Positions 1-8,688 of a stretch of DNA of 33,341 nucleotides are shown piece by piece. The DNA comes from an uncultured Acidobacteriota bacterium. Its GTDB lineage: Bacteria > Acidobacteriota > Thermoanaerobaculia > Multivoradales > JAHEKO01. The position numbers and the translations under genes were made by a program. The notes beneath the pieces were generated by a model that was given only the letters and a program-made list of their open reading frames with translations, ran no database searches and was not told where the DNA came from. Within the stretch, counting starts at the first letter, position 1; every line of letters starts with the position of its first letter. The stretch covers positions 1 through 33,341 of the forward strand of contig CAVQNG010000013.1 in assembly GCA_963713825.1 (NCBI GenBank), written 5' to 3'.

Positions 1-1
1 C

Positions 2-79
2 CACTGTGAACCGCTGTCTGAAGAATCTCTCGAAGCGTGCCAATCCATCGTGGCCGAAGCGGACTCCAAATTCGCCTGA
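2..79 (+). CDS. Possible 3' end of an upstream gene (partial)
   Basis: Open frame from the window edge, HCEPLSEESLEACQSIVAEADSKFA*, ending in TGA at 77-79; no homology recognised. Confidence 0.3.
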   Translation, partial: HCEPLSEESLEACQSIVAEADSKFA

Positions 80-171
80 GGAAGATGTCAGCCAAATAGT
101 GGCACGGGTCCTCGCCTGACCCCTTTCCAGAGTACTCAAGTGGACGGGTGTATCACCCTGATTCGTCGGGG

Positions 172-198
172 TGGCAGAAGTGTGTCCGTGTAGGTACT
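172..198 (+). promoter_or_regulatory. Degenerate copy of the putative ECF promoter (TGGCAG-N17-TACT)
   Basis: Shares the spacer TGTGTCCGTGTAG and downstream TACT.GGTAGA.GGGAATC with the copies at 8644 and 11877; the -35 is diverged. Confidence 0.5.
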
Positions 199-217
199 GG
201 GTAGAAGGGAATCTGTG

Positions 218-308
218 GCGCCTCGACAAAGGCACACCTGGCAAAGCCCAAAGCCGCAAAGCCACGGGTCCTCGTTACTCGCTGACAAGACCGCCGGGCT
301 GCCGAAGG
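218..308 (+). ncRNA. c-di-GMP-I (GEMM) riboswitch, copy 1, P2 stem degenerate
   Basis: GACAAAGGCACACC...GCCGCAAAGCCACGGGTCCT...AAGACCGCCGGGCTGCCGAAGG matches the GEMM layout; the 3' strand of P2 reads CCCAAAG instead of CCCAGGG. Confidence 0.7.
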
Positions 309-353
309 CAAACGGGAAGCCGTATCTTTAGACGGAAAGGGTAGGAAACGAGA

Positions 354-536
354 ATGAAGCGCTTTTCACTTGTTGTGGTGCTTGCTGTAATCGTACTACC
401 CGGGCTAGCCGGAGCAGAAACCTTCGACGACTGGAGCGCCTTTCAGGCAGCGGTCGCAGGCGATCTGACGCTCATCGATTTCGAGGGATTTGCTGCTGGC
501 GAAGGGCCCGAGGGAGCCCGGAGTCTCAACCTCTAG
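354..536 (+). CDS. Short secreted protein, probably a truncated cargo gene
   Basis: Sec signal peptide (MKRFSLVVVLAVIVLPGLAGA), purine-rich RBS region, downstream of a riboswitch; only 60 aa and stops 23 bp before the convergent CHAT gene. Confidence 0.55.
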   Translation: MKRFSLVVVLAVIVLPGLAGAETFDDWSAFQAAVAGDLTLIDFEGFAAGEGPEGARSLNL

Positions 537-559
537 TTGGTACAGGTTCCGGGGGCGGG

Positions 560-3500
560 TCACCGCCAATCACCCACTGCCACAAATCCGGCCCAGAAAA
601 AGGGGTGAGTGCTCAAGCCTGCCTCTCGGCGACGCTGTAGTAGTTCGAGGCTTGCCAGGTGCACAGCGTCGCTCGTCGTTCGACTGTCGATGAAACGGCT
701 CTGGTAGAGGAGCTTCATCCACTCTCGTGTCGAATTGTCCTCGACCCGCCACAAGCTCATAATGAGGCTGTCGACGCCAGCCATTTGAAACGCCCGGCGA
801 AGCCCAAATACACCCTCTCCCGCCCACACTTCCCCCACTCCGGTTGCGCAGGCCGACAGCACTGCCCACTCCACTCCAGTGAGGTTGAGCGCCGCAATCT
901 CTTCAGCCGTGAGAATTCCGTCCTCTTCGCCCGGAGCCGCTGCGTCTCTGTGATTGGCTCCAGCCAGGGCCAAACCAGCCAAAAGGAGCGGATTCTCACC
1001 GACCTTCGACACACCACGGCCTGGAGCCTCCTCGGTACCCAGCGCCGAGCGGCACTCGCCTCCAAGGAAGAAGGCATGACTCGCGACGTGGATCACCCGT
1101 CTACCTCCTGACAGAGCCTTGAATGCTGCTTCGCTGGCCGCCGCTTCACTCAGGATTAGCACATGCTCGCTGGTAGGACGCCGGCCGGCACCTCGAGCGA
1201 TTGCGTCTTGCCATAGCTCGGCGATCTCGCGCAACTCCGGCCCTGTTGCCGGCAGCTCAGCGAACTCCAGGTCCTCGAAGCTTTCGCAGGCCGAGAGCGG
1301 CCCACGGTATGAGCCACCGGCCAGGTCATCGACGTTTGATGCCTCAGCCACGATGAGATCCGTTTGGGGTGCGAGGGCAGAGAAGAGACTAGTGTCGTTG
1401 AATGCCGGATCGCCAAGAGCCAACAAATCGTTGCCGTGCTCTGCCTTTGCGAAGCCAATGAGATCTCGTTCCGCCGACAGATAGTGGAGAATCGGGCCAC
1501 CTTCAATCAGATAGCCGCCATCCTCAGAAGGAAGCGCCGAGTAGTTGATGAGGCTTAGGGCGCCGTCAGGTACGACGAACAGAACCTCGAGGCCTTCTAC
1601 CTGCGACGCGACAGGATCCCAGACACGAGTCCGCAGTGATGCGGCGACGGACCGAAACTGTTTCTCTGCCTGTGCGGTGGCCCAAGCAGGAGTTCTTGAG
1701 ACGCCAGAGACCTGCCGCCGGAATTGCTGTACGAGGTGGTCGATATCGAGGGCTCTTCCCAGCGGGACGAGCGCTGGCTCTCCACCTCCGCTCCTGAGGA
1801 CGAAGGCTACATACCAAGCCTCGCCGGGACCCTCTTCTGTACCGCTCTCGCCGCCGAAAGCGGTGCGATGAAAGCGTGCCACACTGAGAAGTCCGGTCCC
1901 GGGGGGCAGATTCCCCTTCACCTCTTCCAAGCCAGAATCCTTGACCCTGAGTCGAGATCGAAATGAAGGACTGCTCTCCGCCAGTTTCCTCTCTGCCAGA
2001 TCTCGTTCATTACGAGCTTGGCGCAAGAGGGCTCGGTGTATTTCTGCCTGCTCTGGACCTTGAGACCCTTGCACTGCGAGGAAGGCCAATCTGTTGCGAG
2101 CCTCAGCCAGCTCCATCGCTTGAAGAGATACTTCAGAATTCGGATGTACCGAAGCCCATTTGTGGCGCTCCGCCATCTCATCCAGCACTATCGCCCTCGA
2201 GCGAATCAATGAATCGAAGGCCTTCTCTACTGGTCCAGGTCTCGCATCAGCAAGAAGTATCGAGAGGATGAGACTGAGCCCCGACTCGTGTGTCGCCGCG
2301 TAGTGCAGACCATGCCTCTCTGCAAGACCTGCGAGATTCTGGCGCAACTGCTCACGCAGAATCCTGTCGGCATGCAGAGCCGACCCCAGTGCCTCGTCGA
2401 GATTGCCGGTTCTCGCCAGACATTGGGCTACCTTCAGTTGACCCGCCAGGGCCCCGGGATTGTCCGGGCCCCACTCGTTGACGAGAATGGACACGGCTCT
2501 CCGATACAGAGGGAGAGCCTTCTGGAAGTCCCCCAGCTTCGCGCTCAGGTCCGCCAGCGAGTTCAAGTTAGACGCGACGCGATCCTTCTTGCTCCCAAAC
2601 GCCCTCTCATCGATCTCTAGAGCTCGCTCGAACGCCTTTCTGGCCCCTGAGAAATCCCCAAGCTCCATTAGGATCTCACCATGTTTTCTCAACCCTACAG
2701 CTACCTCCGGATGATTCTCATCCCAGAAGTTCTGCCGGATCGCAAGAGCGCGTTCCGTCAAGTCTTTCGCAGTGTTCAGGTCTCCTTCTTGAATCGAAAT
2801 TTCGGCGAGACCCAGTAGCGGATGGGTCATGGACTCGTGCTCAGCACCTAGGCTCTTGTCAATTATTGCCGCCGAACGTTCATAGGAACGTCGAGCCTGC
2901 TCGTACTCGCCCAGGTCTACTAGGAGGCTCGCCTGGTCATTGAGCGTCCACGCCAGCCATGGATGTTCCGTACCGAAGTGCTCCTCGATTACCGCTATCG
3001 CTCGCTCGCGGTACTGCCGAGAAGAACCAAGATCTCTCCGCGCCGCCAGCAGTGTGGCGTACATAGCGAAGGTGGCGGCGGAATTGGGTGACGGGTGGCG
3101 CTCGTGAATCGCAATGGCGCGCCGGTAGGTGTCCTCCGCCAGGTTCGGTTCGCCCATAAACCACAGTAGAAGAGCCAGATTATTCAACGAGTCAGCCAGC
3201 TTAGGGTGCTCGGGACCCAACACCTCTTCCCTGATGGCGACGGCCTGCTCCATCAAGGGTCGCGCCTCCTGGTACATGCCCAACTCCCACTTCAAGTAGC
3301 CCAAGCTGTGATAGCTCTGTGCTAGGTCTGGATGCCTGGGTTCCAGTTCCGCTTCTCGAATCGCGAGAGCCCGTTCGTAGAGAGCTTCGGCTTCTGCCTG
3401 ATCGCCGGAGGCGGCGAGGACGTTAGCAAGGCCATGAAGGGGAACCGTGACATCGAGGCTATCCGGACCGGATGCGATTTCGAAGATCTCAATTGCGTCT

Positions 3501-4093
3501 TCGTACTGTCTTTTCGCCTCTTCCAAACGGTTCGTCTGTCGATAGAGTCCCCCCAGATACTGGTGAATCAGCCCAACCCGTCGATCTGCGGATCCCACTG
3601 CTTCCTGGTAGATCCCGAGTGCACGCAGTTCAAGAGTCTCCACCGCCGAGAAGTCGCCTCTCTTTTCAAGAACTTTGGCCTTCTCAATCAGACTGTCGGC
3701 CACCAGCGGGTGGTTTGCCCCGAGGTCTTGCTCGCGAATTCGCAGAGCGCGATCCGCCAGCTCCAGGGGTTCGGCCTGACCGGCCTTTCCTCCGCGCCAG
3801 AGGGCTTCGACCAGAAGATCGAGAACCTCCGCTGTTTCTAGGGAGTCGCGCCCGTTATCGGCTTCGGTTCTGGTGAGCAATTCGCGAGCAGTGAGTTCCG
3901 CCGTCGCGTAGTCACCGGCTGCGATCAGACCTTGAACAGCCTTTGTGCTGGTCCTCTCTTGCAGCGAGAGGTTGCGGTCCTCGAGCCTGACCACATCTTG
4001 GACGGCCTCGGCGGGTGGAATCAACGCTGGCGCTGTGACGCTTCCTAGCAGAAGCGCACAGGCACGAGCTACTTTACGACTACACATGACCAT
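560..4093 (-). CDS. TPR-repeat CHAT-domain (caspase-like, clan CD) protease with predicted signal peptide
   Basis: About 12 kinesin-light-chain-type TPRs (LGPEHPKLADSLNNLA); CHAT motifs VVPDGAL, IHVASHAF (His), VLSACATG (Cys), SLWRVED, HPFFWAGF. RBS GGAGGT abuts ATG 4093, so the true start may be ATG 4087. Confidence 0.95.
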   Translation of the reverse strand: MVMCSRKVARACALLLGSVTAPALIPPAEAVQDVVRLEDRNLSLQERTSTKAVQGLIAAGDYATAELTARELLTRTEADNGRDSLETAEVLDLLVEALWRGGKAGQAEPLELADRALRIREQDLGANHPLVADSLIEKAKVLEKRGDFSAVETLELRALGIYQEAVGSADRRVGLIHQYLGGLYRQTNRLEEAKRQYEDAIEIFEIASGPDSLDVTVPLHGLANVLAASGDQAEAEALYERALAIREAELEPRHPDLAQSYHSLGYLKWELGMYQEARPLMEQAVAIREEVLGPEHPKLADSLNNLALLLWFMGEPNLAEDTYRRAIAIHERHPSPNSAATFAMYATLLAARRDLGSSRQYRERAIAVIEEHFGTEHPWLAWTLNDQASLLVDLGEYEQARRSYERSAAIIDKSLGAEHESMTHPLLGLAEISIQEGDLNTAKDLTERALAIRQNFWDENHPEVAVGLRKHGEILMELGDFSGARKAFERALEIDERAFGSKKDRVASNLNSLADLSAKLGDFQKALPLYRRAVSILVNEWGPDNPGALAGQLKVAQCLARTGNLDEALGSALHADRILREQLRQNLAGLAERHGLHYAATHESGLSLILSILLADARPGPVEKAFDSLIRSRAIVLDEMAERHKWASVHPNSEVSLQAMELAEARNRLAFLAVQGSQGPEQAEIHRALLRQARNERDLAERKLAESSPSFRSRLRVKDSGLEEVKGNLPPGTGLLSVARFHRTAFGGESGTEEGPGEAWYVAFVLRSGGGEPALVPLGRALDIDHLVQQFRRQVSGVSRTPAWATAQAEKQFRSVAASLRTRVWDPVASQVEGLEVLFVVPDGALSLINYSALPSEDGGYLIEGGPILHYLSAERDLIGFAKAEHGNDLLALGDPAFNDTSLFSALAPQTDLIVAEASNVDDLAGGSYRGPLSACESFEDLEFAELPATGPELREIAELWQDAIARGAGRRPTSEHVLILSEAAASEAAFKALSGGRRVIHVASHAFFLGGECRSALGTEEAPGRGVSKVGENPLLLAGLALAGANHRDAAAPGEEDGILTAEEIAALNLTGVEWAVLSACATGVGEVWAGEGVFGLRRAFQMAGVDSLIMSLWRVEDNSTREWMKLLYQSRFIDSRTTSDAVHLASLELLQRRREAGLSTHPFFWAGFVAVGDWR

Positions 4094-4141
4094 ACCTCCC
4101 GCCTAGCTCAACGGTTGGCTTGTCTGCTGACCCTCAAAGGG

Positions 4142-4873
4142 TCAGCGCGGAAGCCGCTCCAGCAGGGCGAGGGCTTCGGACTCCATCTCGCCCGCGAGGT
4201 CCACCACTGCTTCCAGCTCATCTCTGGCCGCCTGAACATGACCTGCTCGCAGAAGGGCCTTGGCCAGATAGAGGCGTGCTCTCTCGAGGTACGGTGTGGG
4301 GGCCAACGCGACAACGCGCCTGAAACTCTCGATCGCCGGCTCGGTCGCCCCTGTGTGGAGATAGCAGACCCCTAGAAAGAAGTGAGCTGTGGCGTCTGCG
4401 GGATCCTGTTGGGAGGCTGCCTCGAGTCCCGGAAGCGCACGCGAGTAGTTCCCGGCGGAATAGAGTTCCATGGCTTGTTGAAAGTGTGCCTCCGCCTGCC
4501 CCCCCGAACTTCTTAGCAGCGGGACCTCGTAAGGAGGTGGCTCAAACCAAGCCAGCTCTGCCAACTCGGTCCGGCCTAGACGCTCACCTTCCGATCGGGT
4601 CATCCAGAGAGTGACTCCCAACCCGACGATGAGCACCGCAGCAATCGCCATCTTCACCCAACGCTGAGCAATGAAGGTCACGAGCACGCCGCCTTCTGTC
4701 GAATCGGCAGATTCGATGACGGAATCTCGCAAGGCGACCAGCTGCTCTAACGCCGTCTGGCACTCTCGACAGTCGACCAAGTGGTCTTCAAAGGTCTCGG
4801 ACTCGCCCTCGGAGAGATTGCCAACAAAGTAGCTCTCCACCAACTCGTCATTCAGCTCTTGTAGACACGCCAT
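4142..4873 (-). CDS. Zinc-finger (zf-HC2/ZAS) anti-sigma factor with one TM helix and C-terminal TPRs
   Basis: FEDHLVDCRECQ (HxxxCxxC), TM WVKMAIAAVLIVGLGVTLWM, then TPR helices; directly downstream of the ECF gene. Start ATG 4873 or GTG 4885 (ORF track gives 4891). Confidence 0.9.
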   Translation of the reverse strand: MACLQELNDELVESYFVGNLSEGESETFEDHLVDCRECQTALEQLVALRDSVIESADSTEGGVLVTFIAQRWVKMAIAAVLIVGLGVTLWMTRSEGERLGRTELAELAWFEPPPYEVPLLRSSGGQAEAHFQQAMELYSAGNYSRALPGLEAASQQDPADATAHFFLGVCYLHTGATEPAIESFRRVVALAPTPYLERARLYLAKALLRAGHVQAARDELEAVVDLAGEMESEALALLERLPR

Positions 4874-4887
4874 CGGCCTGATCACTA

Positions 4888-5469
4888 TCAATAGTGCCCG
4901 TGCTTGCTAGTTTGTGACAGATCATCGAGATTCTTACGGGCTCTGCGCAGGGCACGGAGCTTTCGCTGGCGGGCCGCGGCCGGGCGAATACCGACGCGAT
5001 CTGCGATCTCCGAGAGGCTCAAGTCCTCAACCAGCCACAAGCGCAAGATCTCCTGGTCCCGGGGTTCTAATCGCGCCAGGCTGATTCTGGCTAGTTCCAG
5101 CAGCTCACCTCGTCCGCAATCCGATTCCGGGTCACCTTCGTCTCCAGTTGACTGGAAGGACTTCAGCCGATCGATGCGCTGCTCCCCGCGAAAGTGCGCT
5201 CGGATGATGTTTCGGATGGTCCCACCGACAAAGGCCGGCAACCTGTCCTCATCTCGAAGTCTGCCCTGGCGAAGGGCCTGAAGAACCTGAAGCATGGCTT
5301 CTTGCGCCAGGTCTTCAGCATCGACGACAGAATCCACTCGCACGAGTGCTATCAGATAGGCCGACCTCCGAAATCGGGAGACCAGCTCTTCCTCAGCCGC
5401 TCGATCGCCGCCGCGAATTCGGCCAGCGAGTGAGGACTCAACCGTGTCCGCTGTCCCAGCACTAGGCAC
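4888..5469 (-). CDS. ECF-type sigma-70 factor (sigma 1)
   Basis: 193 aa; region 2 (DAEDLAQEAMLQVL...FVGGTIRN) and region 4 HTH (LEPRDQEILRLWLVEDLSLSEIADRVGI). Confidence 0.93.
   Translation of the reverse strand: MPSAGTADTVESSLAGRIRGGDRAAEEELVSRFRRSAYLIALVRVDSVVDAEDLAQEAMLQVLQALRQGRLRDEDRLPAFVGGTIRNIIRAHFRGEQRIDRLKSFQSTGDEGDPESDCGRGELLELARISLARLEPRDQEILRLWLVEDLSLSEIADRVGIRPAAARQRKLRALRRARKNLDDLSQTSKHGHY
4893..4919 (-). promoter_or_regulatory. Putative ECF promoter inside the 3' end of sigma 1, facing the anti-sigma gene
   Basis: Minus strand TGTCAC-AAACTAGCAAGCACGGG(17)-CACT: same boxes and spacing as the leader copies, with an unrelated spacer. Confidence 0.65.
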
Positions 5470-5533
5470 CAGCAGATCCCTCCAAATGGAACCGTTTCAG
5501 GCTATCACGCGACCTTTCAGATGTCGTCCGACC

Positions 5534-5560
5534 TGTCACACATGCTCCTCTTGCGACACC
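5534..5560 (+). promoter_or_regulatory. Putative ECF promoter TGTCAC-N17-CACC
   Basis: Same boxes and 17-nt spacing with a different spacer, upstream of the truncated riboswitch. Confidence 0.6.
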
Positions 5561-5576
5561 TTCTAACTGAGAAGAA

Positions 5577-5608
5577 GCGCCTCGACAAAGGCACACCTGG
5601 GAAAACCT
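5577..5608 (+). ncRNA. Truncated c-di-GMP-I riboswitch (5' part only)
   Basis: GCGCCTCGACAAAGGCACACCTGGGAAAACC is identical to the 11923 and 13859 copies, then jumps directly to the RBS AAAGGAG. Confidence 0.7.
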
Positions 5609-5622
5609 GAAAGGAGACCGCA

Positions 5623-7041
5623 ATGGGACGAACCTCGAGACGAGTCAGCCTGGTGGCAATGTTGATCGTGCTGTTCGGCACTGTGGCCAGCAGCGCCAAC
5701 CTGATCAGCTATACCACGTGGTCAGCCAACCGTAATCGAGTCATGGTCATGGACGACACAGGGGCCAATCCTCTCGAAATCTACCTGGGCGTAAAGTTCT
5801 CACCTTATGGGCTGAATCACACAATCTCTCCCCAACGGTCAGACGGAACCTGGGTCGCCTTTCGGGACACAGACATCGATATGGGTACGGGATCTGCGCT
5901 CTATAAGGTCAAGGCCGACGGGTCGGGCTTCACCAAGGTGCTCTGCAGCAGCTACGACGGTGAGAGCGGAGTCCCTCACAGCTCCATATCTGGCTCTCGG
6001 TGGTCACCTGACGACCGCTGGATTGCTGTTCAAACGTACGAGGGCATTGCGCTGGTTTCGGTCGACTTCGAAGTGGGCTTGGGTGCCGTCGACGAGGCCT
6101 GCGCAGCACCGCTTCAGTTCATCTACCCGGACCCCGATTGGGACCCAGTCTGGGTCCTGGAGTCACGTGTGGCGTGGAACCTCGACGGGACCCAAATGGC
6201 ATTCATTGAGATCCTCAATTTCAGAGATCCGGACACCGAGCAGATTCGAATTGTCGTTCTCGAACGTCAGGAGATCGGTTGGAGGCGAGTGCGCGAGGTG
6301 TCGACCGATGTCGAGCTCTTCGGCAAGTGGCCGTGGTCTCTCGATTGGCAGCGCGGCGGGGATCTCCTGGTGATCCACACCCTTGAAGGCAGCGGACCGC
6401 AAGGAGTGTTCTGGATCAACTGGATCGATATCACCAACGGAGAGTGGGGATATGTCACTGCAGGCACAAGCCCGAGTTGGTCTCCGGACAACAACCATCT
6501 GCTCATCGTTGACGAAAGGGGAACGATCATCAAGTGGCTCTACCCGGAGGGGCCTGGAGAGGTCTTGGGCTCGGGAGAGTCCCCTGAGTGGCAGAGAGAC
6601 GAGCTGTCTTTCACCTGCGAGATTGATGCAGACTGCGACGACGGCAATCTGTGCACCGATGACGAGTGCGTCTCTGGCAATTGCAGCAACTCTCCCAACT
6701 TCCTGGTGTGTGACGATGGCAACGAGTGCACGGACTTCGATGGCTGTAATGAGGGTCTCTGTGTTGGACAGCCCATCTCCGACGGTACCCCTTGCGACGC
6801 TGGGTATTGCTGCGGTGTGATGTGTGTCGAGTTGGCTTGTGACATCGACAGCGACTGCGACGATGAAGATGCCTGTACGATCGACACTTGCGTCTTCGAT
6901 GCGGTCAATCCCTGCGCAACGCATTGCGAGTACGCACCCGATCCCGCTTGCCCAAGCTGCTTGCCGAAGGGCACACCGTGCGACCCGGAGATACCTTGCT
7001 GTTCGGGGATGTGTCACCCTGTCAAGGGAACGTGCAAGTAG
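5623..7041 (+). CDS. Secreted TolB/PD40-like beta-propeller protein with Cys/Asp-rich C-terminal repeats
   Basis: Signal peptide; WSPD motifs; CDDGNxCTxDxC repeats; ends CCSGMCHPVKGTCK; RBS AAAGGAG. Confidence 0.85.
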   Translation: MGRTSRRVSLVAMLIVLFGTVASSANLISYTTWSANRNRVMVMDDTGANPLEIYLGVKFSPYGLNHTISPQRSDGTWVAFRDTDIDMGTGSALYKVKADGSGFTKVLCSSYDGESGVPHSSISGSRWSPDDRWIAVQTYEGIALVSVDFEVGLGAVDEACAAPLQFIYPDPDWDPVWVLESRVAWNLDGTQMAFIEILNFRDPDTEQIRIVVLERQEIGWRRVREVSTDVELFGKWPWSLDWQRGGDLLVIHTLEGSGPQGVFWINWIDITNGEWGYVTAGTSPSWSPDNNHLLIVDERGTIIKWLYPEGPGEVLGSGESPEWQRDELSFTCEIDADCDDGNLCTDDECVSGNCSNSPNFLVCDDGNECTDFDGCNEGLCVGQPISDGTPCDAGYCCGVMCVELACDIDSDCDDEDACTIDTCVFDAVNPCATHCEYAPDPACPSCLPKGTPCDPEIPCCSGMCHPVKGTCK

Positions 7042-7063
7042 TAGTTCCGAAGCGCCAGAACTC

Positions 7064-7093
7064 GGGCCGGGCCTCGCGCCCGGCCCTTCTTCT
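7064..7093 (+). terminator. Intrinsic terminator
   Basis: GGGCCGGGC-ctcgc-GCCCGGCCC hairpin followed by TTCTTCT. Confidence 0.75.
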
Positions 7094-7136
7094 CTCGCAC
7101 TTGAAATCTCAGTTGGGCAGGAGTAGCGTCTGACTT

Positions 7137-7222
7137 ACCTCGACAACGGTAAACCTGGTCAAAGCCAGGGACACAAAGCTACGGGTCTTACCTCATCGAG
7201 AAGATCGCCGGGCTGCCGAAGG
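7137..7222 (+). ncRNA. c-di-GMP-I riboswitch
   Basis: CCTCGACAACGGTAAACCTGGTCAAAGCCAGGGACACAAAGCTACGGGTCTT...AAGATCGCCGGGCTGCCGAAGG; C-G to U-A compensatory change at the base of P2. Confidence 0.85.
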
Positions 7223-7268
7223 GTGGAGATTGAACTTCTAGTCGCAAAGGCGTAGCAAAGGAGGTCTA

Positions 7269-8620
7269 ATGCGCTCTTGGATTGCTTGTCTTGCTCTCCT
7301 CTTCCAGGTCGTATCTGTGGCACAGGCACAGCAGACAATTCGCGTCAGTGTGGCCAGCGACGGCACCGAGGCAAATGGTGGAAGTGCGGATCCAGCTCTC
7401 AGTCCAAACTGCCGATTCGTGGCCTTCCATTCCACCGCCTCCAACCTTGTTGAGGGTGATACCAACGGAATGCTGGACGTTTTTGTCCACGACAGATGGC
7501 TTGGAGAGACAACCAGAGTCAGCATTGCCGGCAACGGCGCTCAAGGAAACAGCGATTCGTCCCATCCGGCGCTTAGCGATGACGGCCGCCTCGTGGCGTT
7601 TTCTTCCGCATCCGATAATCTGGTCCCGCTCGATACGAACGGAGAACGTGACGTCTTTGTCCACGACCGCACGACGGGAGAGACAACCCGGGTCAGTGTG
7701 GCGAGCGACGGCAGTCAAGCAGTAGGTGGGTGGAGCCGCCCCGACCTCGACATCAGTGCTGACGGCCAAATCGTCGCTTTTCATTCCTGGGCCTCGAATC
7801 TGGTCCCGCTCGATACGAACGGAAAAGCGGATATCTTTGTCCACGACCGCACGACGGGAGAGACAACCCGGGTCAGTGTGGCAAGCGACGGTGCTCAAGC
7901 AAACGGCGGGTCCACCTTTCCAGCACTGAGTGCTGACGGCCGCCTCGTGGCGTTTTCTTCCCACGCATCGAATCTGGTCCCGCTCGATACGAACGCATGC
8001 GGAGGATATCTTCGTCCACGACCGTTTGACGGGCCAGACAACTCGGGTCAATGTCGCCAGCGACGGCAGTCAAGCAGTAGGTCGGAGGAGCTTTGCACCT
8101 GACATCAATCACGACGGCCGCTTCGTGGCGTTTGTTTCAGATGCACAGAACCTAGCACCAAACGACGGGTACGACGGGGCCGATTCGTTTGTCCACGACC
8201 GACAAACGGGCGAGACCATTCTTGTCAGCGTAGATAGTCAGGGAGTAGGAGGAAACGATTGGTCCTACAACGTATGGATCAGTGCAAACGGCCGGGTCGT
8301 CGTTTTCACGGTCTGCTGCTGACAACCTCGTTTCAGACGACACGAATCTCGTAGAGGATATTTTTGCTCATGACTGGGGGACAGGAAAGACCGTCCGGGT
8401 AAGCCTCGCTGATAACGGGGACGAGGCGAATGACCTTAGTCTTCGTTTGAAGGCGGCGATATGTAGTAATGGCAGAGCCTTCGGATTCTCATCAGTCGCC
8501 TCGAATCTAGTTCAGGGAGATTTGAACGCATTTCCCGACGTGTTCATCCGTGACTTTGGTCTCTTCGCCGACGGCTTCGAGTCCGGCGACACCTCGGCCT
8601 GGTCGGATTCTGTGCCATAG
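7269..8620 (+). pseudogene. Secreted beta-propeller repeat protein (TolB-like, 'DTNG.xDVFVHDR' repeats) with FADGFESGDTSAWS tail; two frameshifts
   Basis: Signal peptide and RBS GGAGG; the repeat continues across ORFs 7269-8102, 7930-8322 and 8282-8620; one extra G near 8001 and one near 8310 would explain the shifts. Confidence 0.8.
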
Positions 8621-8643
8621 GAGATCACCTCAGACGGAAGGGT

Positions 8644-8670
8644 TGTCACGTTTGTGTCCGTGCAGCTACT
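8644..8670 (+). promoter_or_regulatory. Putative ECF promoter TGTCAC-N17-TACT
   Basis: TGTCACGTTTGTGTCCGTGCAGCTACT, repeated leader motif. Confidence 0.65.
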
Positions 8671-8688
8671 AGGTAGAGGGAATCGGAA

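Noticed and set aside
102-113. CACGGGTCCTCG matching the aptamer P3 start
   Set aside because: Only 12 nt with no flanking P2 or 3' strand; cannot be called a riboswitch
560-4093. CHAT as a type III-E Craspase component
   Set aside because: No Cas7-11, Csx30/31 or CRISPR array in the window, and the protein has a signal peptide; analogy only
7012-7038. TGTCAC-N17-CAAG at the end of the 5623 gene
   Set aside because: Poor -10 match, explained by Cys-His codons, absent in the paralog and followed directly by a terminator
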